Shown in pieces: positions 18,956 through 27,750 of a stretch of DNA of 64,000 nucleotides (its first letter is position 1; each line of letters opens with the position of its first letter). This DNA is from Dehalococcoidia bacterium (GTDB lineage Bacteria; Chloroflexota; Dehalococcoidia; Lucifugimonadales; GCA-2712585), in the NCBI GenBank assembly GCA_965207845.1, contig CBDBNU010000003.1:1385862-1449861 (forward strand), written 5' to 3'. The translations under genes and the position numbers were made by a program. The notes beneath the pieces are model-generated. The model searched no databases. It had not been told where the DNA came from and saw only the letters and a list, made by a program, of their open reading frames with translations.

Positions 18956-19002
18956 TATGTAGTTTACATCTTGCTTATACTAACATAGTGTAGTAAACTA
19001 TG
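18956..19002. promoter_or_regulatory. candidate operators in the divergent patatin / XRE-ImmA intergenic region
   Basis: Inverted repeats ATGTA-GTT-TACAT (18957-18969) and CATAGT-N7-ACTATG (18984-19002). Both contain TAGTTTAC or its complement. They lie just upstream of the RBS GGAGG for the 19034 start. Confidence 0.3.
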
Positions 19003-19033
19003 TAAAGAATTGGGCGATGGAAAGGAGGTCACG

Positions 19034-20125
19034 ATGATTGGTAACAGGTTGAAGCTGGCCCGCTCTGCCGCCGGACTATCTCTTCGTGGATTGAGCGACC
19101 GCATCGATAACCGGGTGACGGCCCAGGCCATCGGCAAGTACGAGCGCAACGAATCCATGCCGAGATCCGGTGTGCTGATCGCGCTGTCGGACGCCCTGAG
19201 GGTATCCGTGAATTACCTTGTGGGGGACACCAATCTGAGCCTACTGTCCGTCGACTTCAGGACCAAGAAGGTCCGATCCAGGCGGGAAGAGCATCGCATC
19301 GGCGCTACGGTTCTGCAGATGCTGGAGCGTTATCTGACAATAGAGGAGATTCTTGGGCTGCCCAGCGTAAACTGGGACAGGCCAAGATCCGCTCCATATC
19401 CTGTGGTCAAGGACCTGCTGGAGGCCGATCGCGCCGCCGGTTTGCTTCGTAACGAATGGGAATTGGGACTCAACCCGATCCCCCACGTGGCAGAACTGAT
19501 GGAAGAAAGAGGTGTCAAGGTCCTCTTTCGCCACATGCCGGATGAGGTGGACGGTTTCACGGCCCATGTGCGCAGGGAAGATACGGAAGATGCTCCGGTA
19601 ATCGTTGTCAATGGTAATCACGGCGGAGAGCGGCAAAGGTTCACCATTGCGCATGAGCTTGGCCATCTCATGCTGGATATCTCGCCGGGCATCGACGAAG
19701 AAAAGGCGGCCCACCGCTTTGCGGGGGCATTGCTGATGCCGGAAGAGACGATGTGGACAGAAATCGGCAAGCATCGCACGGCACTGGGTTGGGTCGAGCT
19801 GTTCAATCTGAAGCTTATGCTCGGAGTCAGCGTCCAGGCAATCACCTATCGCTGTAAGGATCTGGGAATCATCAGCCAATCTCTCATGGGTGGGATGTTC
19901 GACCAATTCGAGGAACTCGGATGGCGCAGCCCGCCCTACAAAGAAGCGTATCCGGTGCCGGGAGAGAAGTCAGGTAGGTTTGAGCGCCTCTGCTATCGCG
20001 CCTTGGCCGAAGGCGCAATCTCGGAATCGAAGGCCTCCGAACTCCTGGAGGTCTCCGTCCACGACCTGAATGTGCTGATGGATAATCCGGTCGGCGCCAC
20101 GGATATCGTTTCAAAGGAGATGTAG
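19034..20125 (+). CDS. fused XRE-family HTH + ImmA/IrrE (COG2856) zinc metallopeptidase
   Basis: The ORF track starts at TTG 19010. ATG 19034 (MIGNRLKLAR) has GGAGG 6-10 nt upstream. HTH is LSLRGLSDRIDNRVTAQAIGKYERNESMP and the HExxH motif is FTIAHELGHLML. Confidence 0.85.
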   Translation: MIGNRLKLARSAAGLSLRGLSDRIDNRVTAQAIGKYERNESMPRSGVLIALSDALRVSVNYLVGDTNLSLLSVDFRTKKVRSRREEHRIGATVLQMLERYLTIEEILGLPSVNWDRPRSAPYPVVKDLLEADRAAGLLRNEWELGLNPIPHVAELMEERGVKVLFRHMPDEVDGFTAHVRREDTEDAPVIVVNGNHGGERQRFTIAHELGHLMLDISPGIDEEKAAHRFAGALLMPEETMWTEIGKHRTALGWVELFNLKLMLGVSVQAITYRCKDLGIISQSLMGGMFDQFEELGWRSPPYKEAYPVPGEKSGRFERLCYRALAEGAISESKASELLEVSVHDLNVLMDNPVGATDIVSKEM

Positions 20126-20128
20126 CCG

Positions 20129-20689
20129 GTGAATGTGATGGTCGCGGACACGTCGGTGCTAATCGACCTCGAGCGGGGGTTTCTGTTGGAACAGTCATTC
20201 GCCCTTCCGTTCAGTTCCAGGGTTCCAGATTTGTTGTACAGAAACGAACTAGAGGGCAGGCAAGCAGGACCCGCTTTCGGCGAACGCCTTCTCCGTTTAG
20301 GGTTAGAAATCGTTGAGCTAAGTGGCGACGAAGTCAGAAGAGCCGTACTGTTGGTTCAGCGAAAGCGTAGCCTGTCTCTGCCCGACTCTTTCGCCTTAAC
20401 CCTGGCGTCTAGCAGGAATTGGACGCTCCTCACGGGAGATGCAGTTTTGCGGACGTTGGCACAATGCCTAAAGGTGACAAGTCATGGAGTGTGGTGGGTA
20501 CTGGATTATGTTCACAGCTTAGGAATAGCTACGTCTGCGGAACTTATATCAGGACTCACAAGAATTCGCGATCATCCTAGTTGCAGACTGCCGAAAGCGG
20601 AGATCGACATGAGGCTCCTTCACTACTCAGCGAGTTACGAACAAGCATTGAGCATAATGAGCGGGACTACAATCGAGCGTCCCTGTTAA
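20129..20689 (+). CDS. PIN-domain protein
   Basis: 186-aa ORF starting 4 nt after the XRE-ImmA stop. Acidic PIN residues are in VADTSVLIDLERG and LLTGDAVL. Confidence 0.7.
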   Translation: MNVMVADTSVLIDLERGFLLEQSFALPFSSRVPDLLYRNELEGRQAGPAFGERLLRLGLEIVELSGDEVRRAVLLVQRKRSLSLPDSFALTLASSRNWTLLTGDAVLRTLAQCLKVTSHGVWWVLDYVHSLGIATSAELISGLTRIRDHPSCRLPKAEIDMRLLHYSASYEQALSIMSGTTIERPC

Positions 20690-20737
20690 GCACCTAACGC
20701 GTATGTCCTCGCTCGATTCATGCGCCGTCAGCAGGCG

Positions 20738-20765
20738 ATCAGCATCGAGCATTCTTGCCGGTCTT
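20738..20765 (+). repeat. degenerate solo IS21 left-end-like sequence
   Basis: CATTCTTGCCGGT (13 nt) is identical to the IS21 left end (58195-58207). The preceding AGCATCGAG resembles AACAGCGACAAT with a small deletion. Confidence 0.4.
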
Positions 20766-20819
20766 GCGGCACACATTCGCCTAGGCAGCAACTGACAGGA
20801 AAATTCGAGAAGAGTGGCT

Positions 20820-21284
20820 TTAAACAAGACCTTTGCAGATGGCCTTGAACTCGAACCCATTGGCGCTGATGCGAGCGAAACGTCCTAACAGTTCCACTCG
20901 CAGTTGTGGGAACGATTGTAGGAATAAGGCCCCAAATAGGGCGTTTTTGTAGCTAATTCCGAATCCCCTCAGCGCCAAGCGCGGGAAGGACCGCCACCGT
21001 TGTTGAGCAGCCTCATGGTCGGAATCTCCCTGCAACTGCTGTCCCGTAAGGGCGACCAGCCTGGGTTTGAGCTGGTACGGCAGCCGAACGACCACGTCGA
21101 CTTCGCTGTCGCGGCGAAGGTTGGTGCCGTTCTTGTAGAAGCCATGGAGGAAGACATCGGGATTGAACTCCGACACCCCCTCGTATGCGGCGAGCGCGTC
21201 GCGGACGGACACATGGGCCTGCTTCGAGGCCTTCGCGGAGCGGTGATGGCTCCACTGCGATAGCGTTGATTCAGGTATGGGCAT
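20820..21284 (-). pseudogene. probable truncated/degenerate nucleotidyltransferase (N-terminal part only)
   Basis: MPIPESTLSQWSHHRSAKASKQ...DVFLHGFYKNGTNLRRDSEVDVVV resembles the N-terminus of CD-NTase-type enzymes (..tWs..ga....vyLQGSYkNdTNIr.dSDVDiVv). The GS is replaced by GF, and no C-terminal half follows. Confidence 0.45.
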
Positions 21285-22003
21285 GTATCTCGCCTCGTCG
21301 TGCCTCCTCCGCCTTGCCCACGCCTAGCCATCCGTAGTATGAACTCCGGGCCAGGGACGGGAGGTCAATCCCCATGGCGCGCAGGATCGATCCGGATCTG
21401 GGGATTCCCGGCATGGCCGCGCGCCAGGGCCGCCACCAGCGTTTCGTTTGCTGTGCTGCGGGCATCTGGTCGACTGCACCGAGACCGTCCTCGGCCAATG
21501 GAGGGATCTCCCTTTTGACTTTGTGAAGCGTTTTCTCCGAGCGTCCGCAACGTACCGCCTCCGAAGAGCCGCTGCCGAGAGGCAAAAGCACTTCCTGCCA
21601 GGGGACCATAGGACTCCAACGAAGGGTGCCCATAGCACCCGCCCAAGGCGAGGCCCCCCTGTGGTGGTTAAAAAGACGGACAATTGGGGCCACAATAACA
21701 CGCTGTCATTCGCACTGCGAACCCACACGAAGAGCCCGCTCCAAAGGCCCTGTCAACGATGTGACGGACGGCTCTTGTTTGCCCCTCGCAGCTGTCATTG
21801 CTGTCGCCGCTCAGGATAAATGTCAGTGAAAGTGACCAGCATAAATGTCACCAACTTGGTCTCTGAACATAACAGATCACGAATCATTCGATCTGGTTTG
21901 ATGGCCGGTTATGGGCGGGCTCTTGGCGTTCATGTACTTCTTCGCAGTGTGAACATCGACAATCATTCTTGCCGGCCTGTTGCCTCACCAAGAATTGATG
22001 CTC

Positions 22004-23089
22004 CTATAGATTGCAAGCGGCTTCTTTGAGGTCCTGGGCAGGGATCCGGATAGCCGAGTAGACCTCTCGGGCAACATAGCGTTTGAGACAACGGATGACA
22101 TCACGTTTGCTCATTCCCTCAGCGGTTCTACGTTGCATGTAAGCCCGGTTCCTCGGGTCGAAGCGTAGCCTGACGATGACTATGCGATAGAGCGCTGCAT
22201 TAGCCTGGCGGTCGCCACCTCGGTTCAGTCGATGCCTGTTCGTCTTGCCGGAAGAAGCCGGTATCGGTTTTACACCGCACAGCGATGCGAAGGCAGCCTC
22301 GGAATGGAGGCGATCAGGGTTGCTGCCCGCGGTTTTCAGAAGGGTTGCAGCGGTGGTCGGTCCCACACCAAAGGCGTCTACCAGGGACGGTGCAACTGAC
22401 TGGGTGAGTCGTACGATTTCAGAGTCCAGATCTCGCACTTCGTCACTGAGTTGACGGTAGCGGCGGGCAAGTGAACGAAGTGCGTACTTGGCGGCCATCT
22501 TCGGATTGTCGAGGCTAGAGAGGCGGAAGTCTCTGCACTGCTTGGCGAGTATGCTGGTGGTAAGGCCATCGAGCATGTCGCGAAGCTCGGCAGGCGCTGT
22601 CACGACCAGCGCCTTCATCTGATTGGCGGCCTGGGTGCGAGTCTTGACGGCAGAGTCTCTTGCGCTCTTGAGCATGCGGATCATCTCGACTTCGCCCTCG
22701 CCGGTCTTCGGAGTGGCATCGGCTACGCCGGCAAGCACCGCGCGCGCTGCCATCTCAGCATCTGTGGGATCGCTCTTCCCTTTGCGATAGCGGACCGACC
22801 TATCCGGCCTGTTGACCTCAATGACCTTATAGCCCTGACTAGCCATGAAGCGAGCGACTCCGGCTCCGTACGAACCTGTGCCCTCGATCCCGAACGCGCG
22901 GACCTCTCCCAACCTGCATGACCATCGTTCGAGCTCCTCGTATCCGCAGGTGTTTGTAGCCACGCTCTTCTCGCCGAGTCGGACACCTCGATCTTCAATG
23001 GCTACCGCCACATGCTGATCTCTGTGTGTGTCTATCCCTATCACCACCCCAGCTGCGCGATGACTCTGGTAACTTGCGATTCCTTTCAT
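22004..23089 (-). CDS. IS110-family DEDD transposase/recombinase
   Basis: VVIGIDTHRDQHV, FGIEGTGSYGAG, and a C-terminal Transposase_20-like region (LCGVKPIPASSGKTNRHRLNRGGDRQANAALY). ATG 23089 (MKGIAS) has AGGAGG upstream. The ORF track begins at 23107. Confidence 0.9.
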   Translation of the reverse strand: MKGIASYQSHRAAGVVIGIDTHRDQHVAVAIEDRGVRLGEKSVATNTCGYEELERWSCRLGEVRAFGIEGTGSYGAGVARFMASQGYKVIEVNRPDRSVRYRKGKSDPTDAEMAARAVLAGVADATPKTGEGEVEMIRMLKSARDSAVKTRTQAANQMKALVVTAPAELRDMLDGLTTSILAKQCRDFRLSSLDNPKMAAKYALRSLARRYRQLSDEVRDLDSEIVRLTQSVAPSLVDAFGVGPTTAATLLKTAGSNPDRLHSEAAFASLCGVKPIPASSGKTNRHRLNRGGDRQANAALYRIVIVRLRFDPRNRAYMQRRTAEGMSKRDVIRCLKRYVAREVYSAIRIPAQDLKEAACNL

Positions 23090-23301
23090 CTCTGCCTCCT
23101 GCACCATCCCGTATGGGCCAGGTGAGCGGACATAACTGCGAAGAGGCTCTGAACCAGGCTCCTATCAGGTCACTGCTCGCCCAAGCCGTTGGCTATTTAT
23201 GGCCAAGTCGGGAACGGATCGACAGATCAATTCGGGGACACTTGCGTCAATTACCGAATGGGTCAGATCCGATCCCGGATGGCCCATCAAGTATCATCGC
23301 A
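23090..23301 (-). ncRNA. candidate IS110 bridge RNA (5' non-coding end of the element)
   Basis: 212-nt non-coding left end upstream of the recombinase. It contains 8-9-nt strings matching the flanking target (TTACCGAA at 23251-23258 and 23303-23310). It also matches the element ends (GCTCCTAT at 23158-23165 and 22000-22007; TAACTGCGA at 23133-23141 is the reverse complement of 23297-23305). Confidence 0.45.
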
Positions 23302-23367
23302 GTTACCGAAGAATTTTCAGCTTTGATTGTCGCCCTCAGGTCCGATGACACTCTAGTCATCCTCTAC

Positions 23368-24866
23368 CTATAGACTCTGTTCTGCTGAAGCATACACCAA
23401 CTGTCTGGCTACGACCCGTCGCCACTGACGGACTCTGCGATGTAGGGTCCGCAGTTGACGTCTGCTATACCGGTCTGGGTAGCGGCGCATCAACCGTTCA
23501 AGAAGAGCCGAAGCCGTATTGTCCGGATGCTTCTGAAGCCATTTCAGGATTTCACACCACACTCCCTAGAATGGATCCCGACGAGAATGCCAGGTGCGTG
23601 GAGCACTGCGACCGTCTCCTTGAAGAGTGAGTAGGACTCACTTCTCCCTCTCGCCACAGCTCAGGCAGCCTGGAAAGGAAGTGTTCCGGACTTTCACTGC
23701 TTGGCGCACTCGCCGAATCATCGGCATCTAAAGCGGAAAGCCCCGATTGAGCCTCACGTATCGTATGCAGCAGAGATATCGGATCCAGTCTCGCCCGACT
23801 GCTCTCCAGTCCGCACTTTACCTTCTCGCTCACGTCATCTCTCTCCAGCAAGCGGTCGCACGGCGTGGCCGGTTTCCTGTACCGCTTCTTTACGCTGCCT
23901 CCATCCCTACTCCGCTCCAGCAGCTGGAACGGAGGCTGAAAGTGGTTCACATACAGACGTATCGCTCCGTAGAGGTGAGGTGAGTATCTGACCGGCCATG
24001 GGGCCCGAATATCGCTCGTGTCCCACAAAGCGGAGGATCACCGATCCGTTCTTCTGCTCAATCCAAGCCTGGTCGTTCTTGCGGAAAGCCCGTGAAAGCG
24101 TGAACTCGATACCCTTTTCGGCGCAGTACCCAAACAGGGTCTTGTTGATGAATACACTGTCGTTGTCCGAGTCTATTCCGCGGACTGAAACAGGGAAACC
24201 CCGGGCGATGGCTTCAAGCCCTTCTACCACCATGGACTGCTCGCGCGCCAACATCGGAATCGCCTCCGTCCATCCAGAGCACACGTCGGTCACCACCAGG
24301 GAGTTGATGAACGATCCAGTGACCGTACCGCCGCAGTGCACCACCAAGTCTATCTCAAGGTATCCGGGCTCGGTATCCTTCCAGTCCATGAAGGTGCGGA
24401 CTGGAATCTGGCTTCCCATCTTCCTCAACCTTCTACGCTTCCTGCGACTTCCGGCCTTCTCCCTCACAGGTCTCAGTAGACGGTCTATCGTGGCTGCGCT
24501 TGCCGTGAGAAGACGCTCGCGTACGTCAGGGGCGAGATCGAGATGTCCGTGCCTCTTCAGCGAGTCCACCATACTTGGCAGAGCCGCCTTGAGCCTCTTG
24601 CCGCATATCCTATCCGACGCCTCTCACACCACGATCAACGCTTGTCTTACGACCTCGTCATAGATGCGCTGGCCTTTGGGAACGGTCCGCTCTCTTATCT
24701 GATCACACTAACCGAGTAGCCTGACGGCGTGCTTCCTGTGACAGCCAGCAATAGCCACAAACTCATCGAGCATCCGGCTCTTGTCCTTCTTGGACGCCTC
24801 TCTGTACCGACTGCGAATAGCGCCAAGCACCTCTTTCCTCGTCACTGCGCTGATGTCTGCGACCAT
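23368..24866 (-). pseudogene. rve-family transposase, broken by frameshifts/stops into at least 4 ORF pieces
   Basis: Pieces at 24708-24893, 23907-24572, 23552-24028 and 23368-23562. The integrase core is EIDLVVHCGG...VTDVCSGWTEA...IDSDNDSVFIN...QAWIEQKNG. The probable start is ATG 24866 with a GGAGG RBS. Confidence 0.8.
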
Positions 24867-24880
24867 GTCATGCCTCCTAG

Positions 24881-24976
24881 TTTTGGGTAACACCTAATGT
24901 GAGGCAATGGCCTGTTTTGGGTAACATCTTCCGTGAGGCAATAGCTCGACTTCGGTAACAAAAACCTTAAGGCAAC
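24881..24976. repeat. three tandem subterminal transposase-binding-type repeats of the rve-IS
   Basis: TTTTGGGTAACACCTAATGTGAGGCAAT (24881-24908), TTTTGGGTAACATCTTCCGTGAGGCAAT (24914-24941) and TTCGGTAACAAAAACCTTAAGGCAAC (24951-24976). Confidence 0.6.
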
Positions 24977-25693
24977 GCGGCGGCAAAAATGATTGTCGCA
25001 CAACCGGCAAGAATACTTGACGCCAATCAGGGGGAAGTGAAATAACAGGAAGCACTAGGCTTGCGCGTGATAATCTCCTGTTTATTCAGCAAGATTGCTG
25101 ATTCTCTCGAAAAACCCTTGTCGACTTTCGTAGAGAATGTACCAGTCTAAGTGATTTGTGCTTCAGGAACTGCCTTTGGAAATCTGGATATCTACAAGTC
25201 AAAGGGAAATCTCCAAATTGAAAGTTCGCAATACAGTACATTTCGGCCCACCTGACTGGACAAAATCGAGAACCTTTTCGTTCACTTTCCTCCTACGGCA
25301 TTAGTTAGAATCTCAGCCTGCTTGTTTGGACGAGAATCCGTGTCCGGATATCAACAGGGCAGAACTCAGGCGGCTCCCAGGTACAAGAGAGATCCGTTCC
25401 TTCAAGGATCATAGGCCTTGTAGGCGGTCACATGTTGACAACAAATCCCAATTCTTCACATGAGGATTCCACTAGAGGTTCCTTTTCTTCACCCTCCCAA
25501 GAAGATGTCGCTCCACTCTCACTAGGTTCTGGCAAGTCTATTAGCTAGTTGTGGCTCCCGCAGGGAACTCGATGAGTCTCGAAACTAACGTCGAAGTTGG
25601 CAATAAGAATGGGCAGGTTCATTAGAGGAGTGTCACTTGGCCCCTTGTTTGATTCCTCTAAGCTACCTCCAGTGGCAATGACAGCACAACAGA

Positions 25694-25921
25694 TTAACCT
25701 ACCCTTGAATACGGAAAGGCGTTCTTTATGTATTGACTGAGGAATTGTCCCTTCGATGACGTCTGCATGATCTGCTGATGAAGGAATTCTGGAACTCCAA
25801 AGTATTGGTATGTCCAGCCACTAAGGAACTCAACCTCAAGGGTCTGTGTTGAAGCGTCATAGCCAATTTCTCTGATGTTTGACGATGCCACATGATATCT
25901 GTCCATCTGGGTCCTCCTCAC
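25694..25921 (-). CDS. KTSC-domain protein (copy 2)
   Basis: 75-aa ORF. SSNIREIGYDASTQTLEVEFLSGWTYQYFGVP...SKGQFLSQYIKNAFP. Overlaps the herA stop by 4 nt. Confidence 0.8.
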   Translation of the reverse strand: MRRTQMDRYHVASSNIREIGYDASTQTLEVEFLSGWTYQYFGVPEFLHQQIMQTSSKGQFLSQYIKNAFPYSRVG

Positions 25922-27750
25922 TCGTTAGCAGAGTCGTCCTTGACGGGAGTTCGTGTGATATTTTGGTCGATGACGACCGCGAGCGGACTCTGAGCTCGCC
26001 ATGAAGCTACAACTCGTTCATACCCTTCCTCTCGCCTCGCCATGCCCCAATTGGTGCTTACGGGTGGATCCTCACTACGCGGCCTATGTTCTTTAGCAGG
26101 TAGGGTGATACGGCAGCGCATAGGGAGTTTCGCCGCCTCTCCTGTAACAACGGCTTCTCCAGTTCGGAGAATGGGCAGCACATCGAGAAGGCCAACAAGC
26201 CCGTCCGGCAACGCTCCTCGGACACGTTCGCGGTCAGATGGATTCGATAGTCGAAGGGCAAAGAACGTTCCACATTGCGATAATATTGTCTCATTCACTT
26301 CTGAGGGTCGCTGGCTGACCATCATGGCACCCACCCCATACTTCCTGCCTTCCTTGACAATCCTTTGCACTACCTCAGATGCTGTGCCACTCAATCTGTC
26401 TGACAAGTAGCGATGTGCTTCTTCCATCACGACCAGCAAGGGGCGACTGATTCCACCTTCCGACTTTTCTCGACTCCAAAAGAGTGCTTCGTAGACAATT
26501 TTCAGGATCGATCCCACCAACCGTTCAAGTACGCTGCTTGGTATCCCGGACAAGTCGAGGATGGTAATAGGTTTTTCACCACCTAACCACCTGGCCAAAA
26601 GTTCATCCAAGTCTCTTGTTGGCTTTCCATCAAGGTCGGGCTCCCAAGGTCCAGGGCGCAATAGGAAGCCATAGCGCCGATCAAGCAATCGCGAACGTAC
26701 TAAGTTCAGTGGACGCTGTATTCCAAAGGCTCGTGGATTCAGGAAAGGGCCAGCGGCACCCATAGCATGAGGCTTATAAGTAGGTGGCGTTAGAGCGTCA
26801 GCGTTACCAGGTTCCTGTAGGGTCGGTTGGTCGCGATTCGGCCCATCAAAGGTTGTGATCTCGAAGTCAGTAAGATCGTACCAAAGCTTCTTGAGGCTGA
26901 AAGGCACGGGAGTGTCGACAGTAATCGATTCGGAGTCAACTCCCGGAAACTTCTGCGAGTCTTGAGCTGCCAACTTGAGCTGATATATCTTGTCTGTAAA
27001 CGCTGTTTCACTGTTACCCTCCAAACCGCCTGTCAAAAAATCTAACAGGTCGTCACTGTCGAGCGCCCAATATGGAATGAACAATCGCTCTTCGTCGTAT
27101 TGCGGCTCAACACTGAACACTTGAGCAACGTCAGCCAGAGGCACTGAATACTCACCGTGAATGTCAAGTAGAAGGACGCGGGCATTCGGGTATTCTTCAG
27201 AATCTCGGTTGGAGGTCGTTATAGCCCTCATGAGACTTGCGATTGTAGTAGACTTCCCAGAGCCAGTAGACCCAAGCACTGCGGAATGCCGGGTTACCAG
27301 CTCGTTTAAGGCAATCTTCGCCTCGATGCTCTCGGCGCTGGCGAGTGTCCCGATCACTATGTGACCCTGCCCACGAATATCATACAGTTCACGCAGGTGC
27401 TCCTCAACTGCTAGATGGACTGAGTCCCCGATGTTTGGGTACTGACTGACCCCGCGTTCGAAGGTCCCCCCCACAACTTCTCCCACTAGCTCTACCTTCA
27501 TCCATCGACCAGTGTCGTCTATTGATTCCAAGTTGTCAGGCACAGCATTTGCGCCAACCTCGGTAACAACTCCAAACAGGTCTTGATAGCCTTGTGGCAC
27601 TCTAACGAAACTGCCGACCTGCCCAATCTTGTAGGTTTGGCCCTTGAATATCGATAAACCAGATGCAACTGACTCAGCGAGGTGAACGCTAAGTGCAGCT
27701 CCAGAAACTGTTGCGATCGACCCGAGAAAAGTAGGATCGCGACTTAGCAT
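25918..27750 (-). CDS. herA: HerA-like (DUF87) ATPase of a SIR2-HerA defence pair
   Basis: 610-aa ORF. Walker A LGSTGSGKSTTI, Walker B LLVVMEEAHRYL. Its start is contiguous with the SIR2 gene stop. Confidence 0.9.
   Translation of the reverse strand: MLSRDPTFLGSIATVSGAALSVHLAESVASGLSIFKGQTYKIGQVGSFVRVPQGYQDLFGVVTEVGANAVPDNLESIDDTGRWMKVELVGEVVGGTFERGVSQYPNIGDSVHLAVEEHLRELYDIRGQGHIVIGTLASAESIEAKIALNELVTRHSAVLGSTGSGKSTTIASLMRAITTSNRDSEEYPNARVLLLDIHGEYSVPLADVAQVFSVEPQYDEERLFIPYWALDSDDLLDFLTGGLEGNSETAFTDKIYQLKLAAQDSQKFPGVDSESITVDTPVPFSLKKLWYDLTDFEITTFDGPNRDQPTLQEPGNADALTPPTYKPHAMGAAGPFLNPRAFGIQRPLNLVRSRLLDRRYGFLLRPGPWEPDLDGKPTRDLDELLARWLGGEKPITILDLSGIPSSVLERLVGSILKIVYEALFWSREKSEGGISRPLLVVMEEAHRYLSDRLSGTASEVVQRIVKEGRKYGVGAMMVSQRPSEVNETILSQCGTFFALRLSNPSDRERVRGALPDGLVGLLDVLPILRTGEAVVTGEAAKLPMRCRITLPAKEHRPRSEDPPVSTNWGMARREEGYERVVASWRAQSPLAVVIDQNITRTPVKDDSANE

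Larger units (their letters stand above)
21996..23301 (-). mobile_element. IS110-family element (boundaries +/- about 4 nt)
   Basis: Removing 21996-23301 restores TTGCCTCAC-CAAGAAT-GTTACCGAAG, which matches the rve-IS terminal repeat unit. The uninterrupted paralogous site is at 13444-13474. Confidence 0.7.
21976..24980 (-). mobile_element. rve (DDE integrase-core) IS, inactivated, inserted in the mini-IS21 and itself split by IS110
   Basis: Terminal inverted motifs are CCTGTTGCCTCAC (21976-) and GGCAACGCGG (-24980). The 5' end has three GGTAAC-N7/8-GTGAGGCAA repeats. CGG occurs on both flanks (a possible 3-bp duplication). Confidence 0.65.
21950..25035 (+). mobile_element. non-autonomous mini-IS21 (left + right IS21 ends only) carrying nested IS insertions
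   Basis: 21950-21975 matches the IS21 left end 58180-58205 at 25/26 positions. 24981-25035 is identical (55/55) to the IS21 right end 60505-60559. No istAB lies between them. Confidence 0.7.

Noticed and set aside
15831-18969. The octamer ATGTAGTT occurs three times (15832, 15899, 18957) and could be a shared operator for the XRE-ImmA regulator.
   Set aside because: About two occurrences of any 8-mer are expected by chance in 64 kb on two strands. The surrounding sequence is not conserved between the sites.
21271-21693. The 140-aa ORF containing ..SLARSSYYGWL.., reminiscent of the IS3-family OrfB HTH (SRSxYYxW).
   Set aside because: Only one short motif. The region is GC-rich with five mutually overlapping ORFs on both strands, and no DDE core was seen. 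It is treated as non-coding or degenerate.
23322-23331. TGATTGTCGC, a 10-nt match to the IS21 end motif, first considered as an IS110 bridge-RNA guide against the IS21 inverted repeat.
   Set aside because: After reconstructing the IS110 boundaries (21996-23301), this string lies outside IS110 in the 3' end of the rve-type IS. It is probably a related transposase-binding motif or chance.
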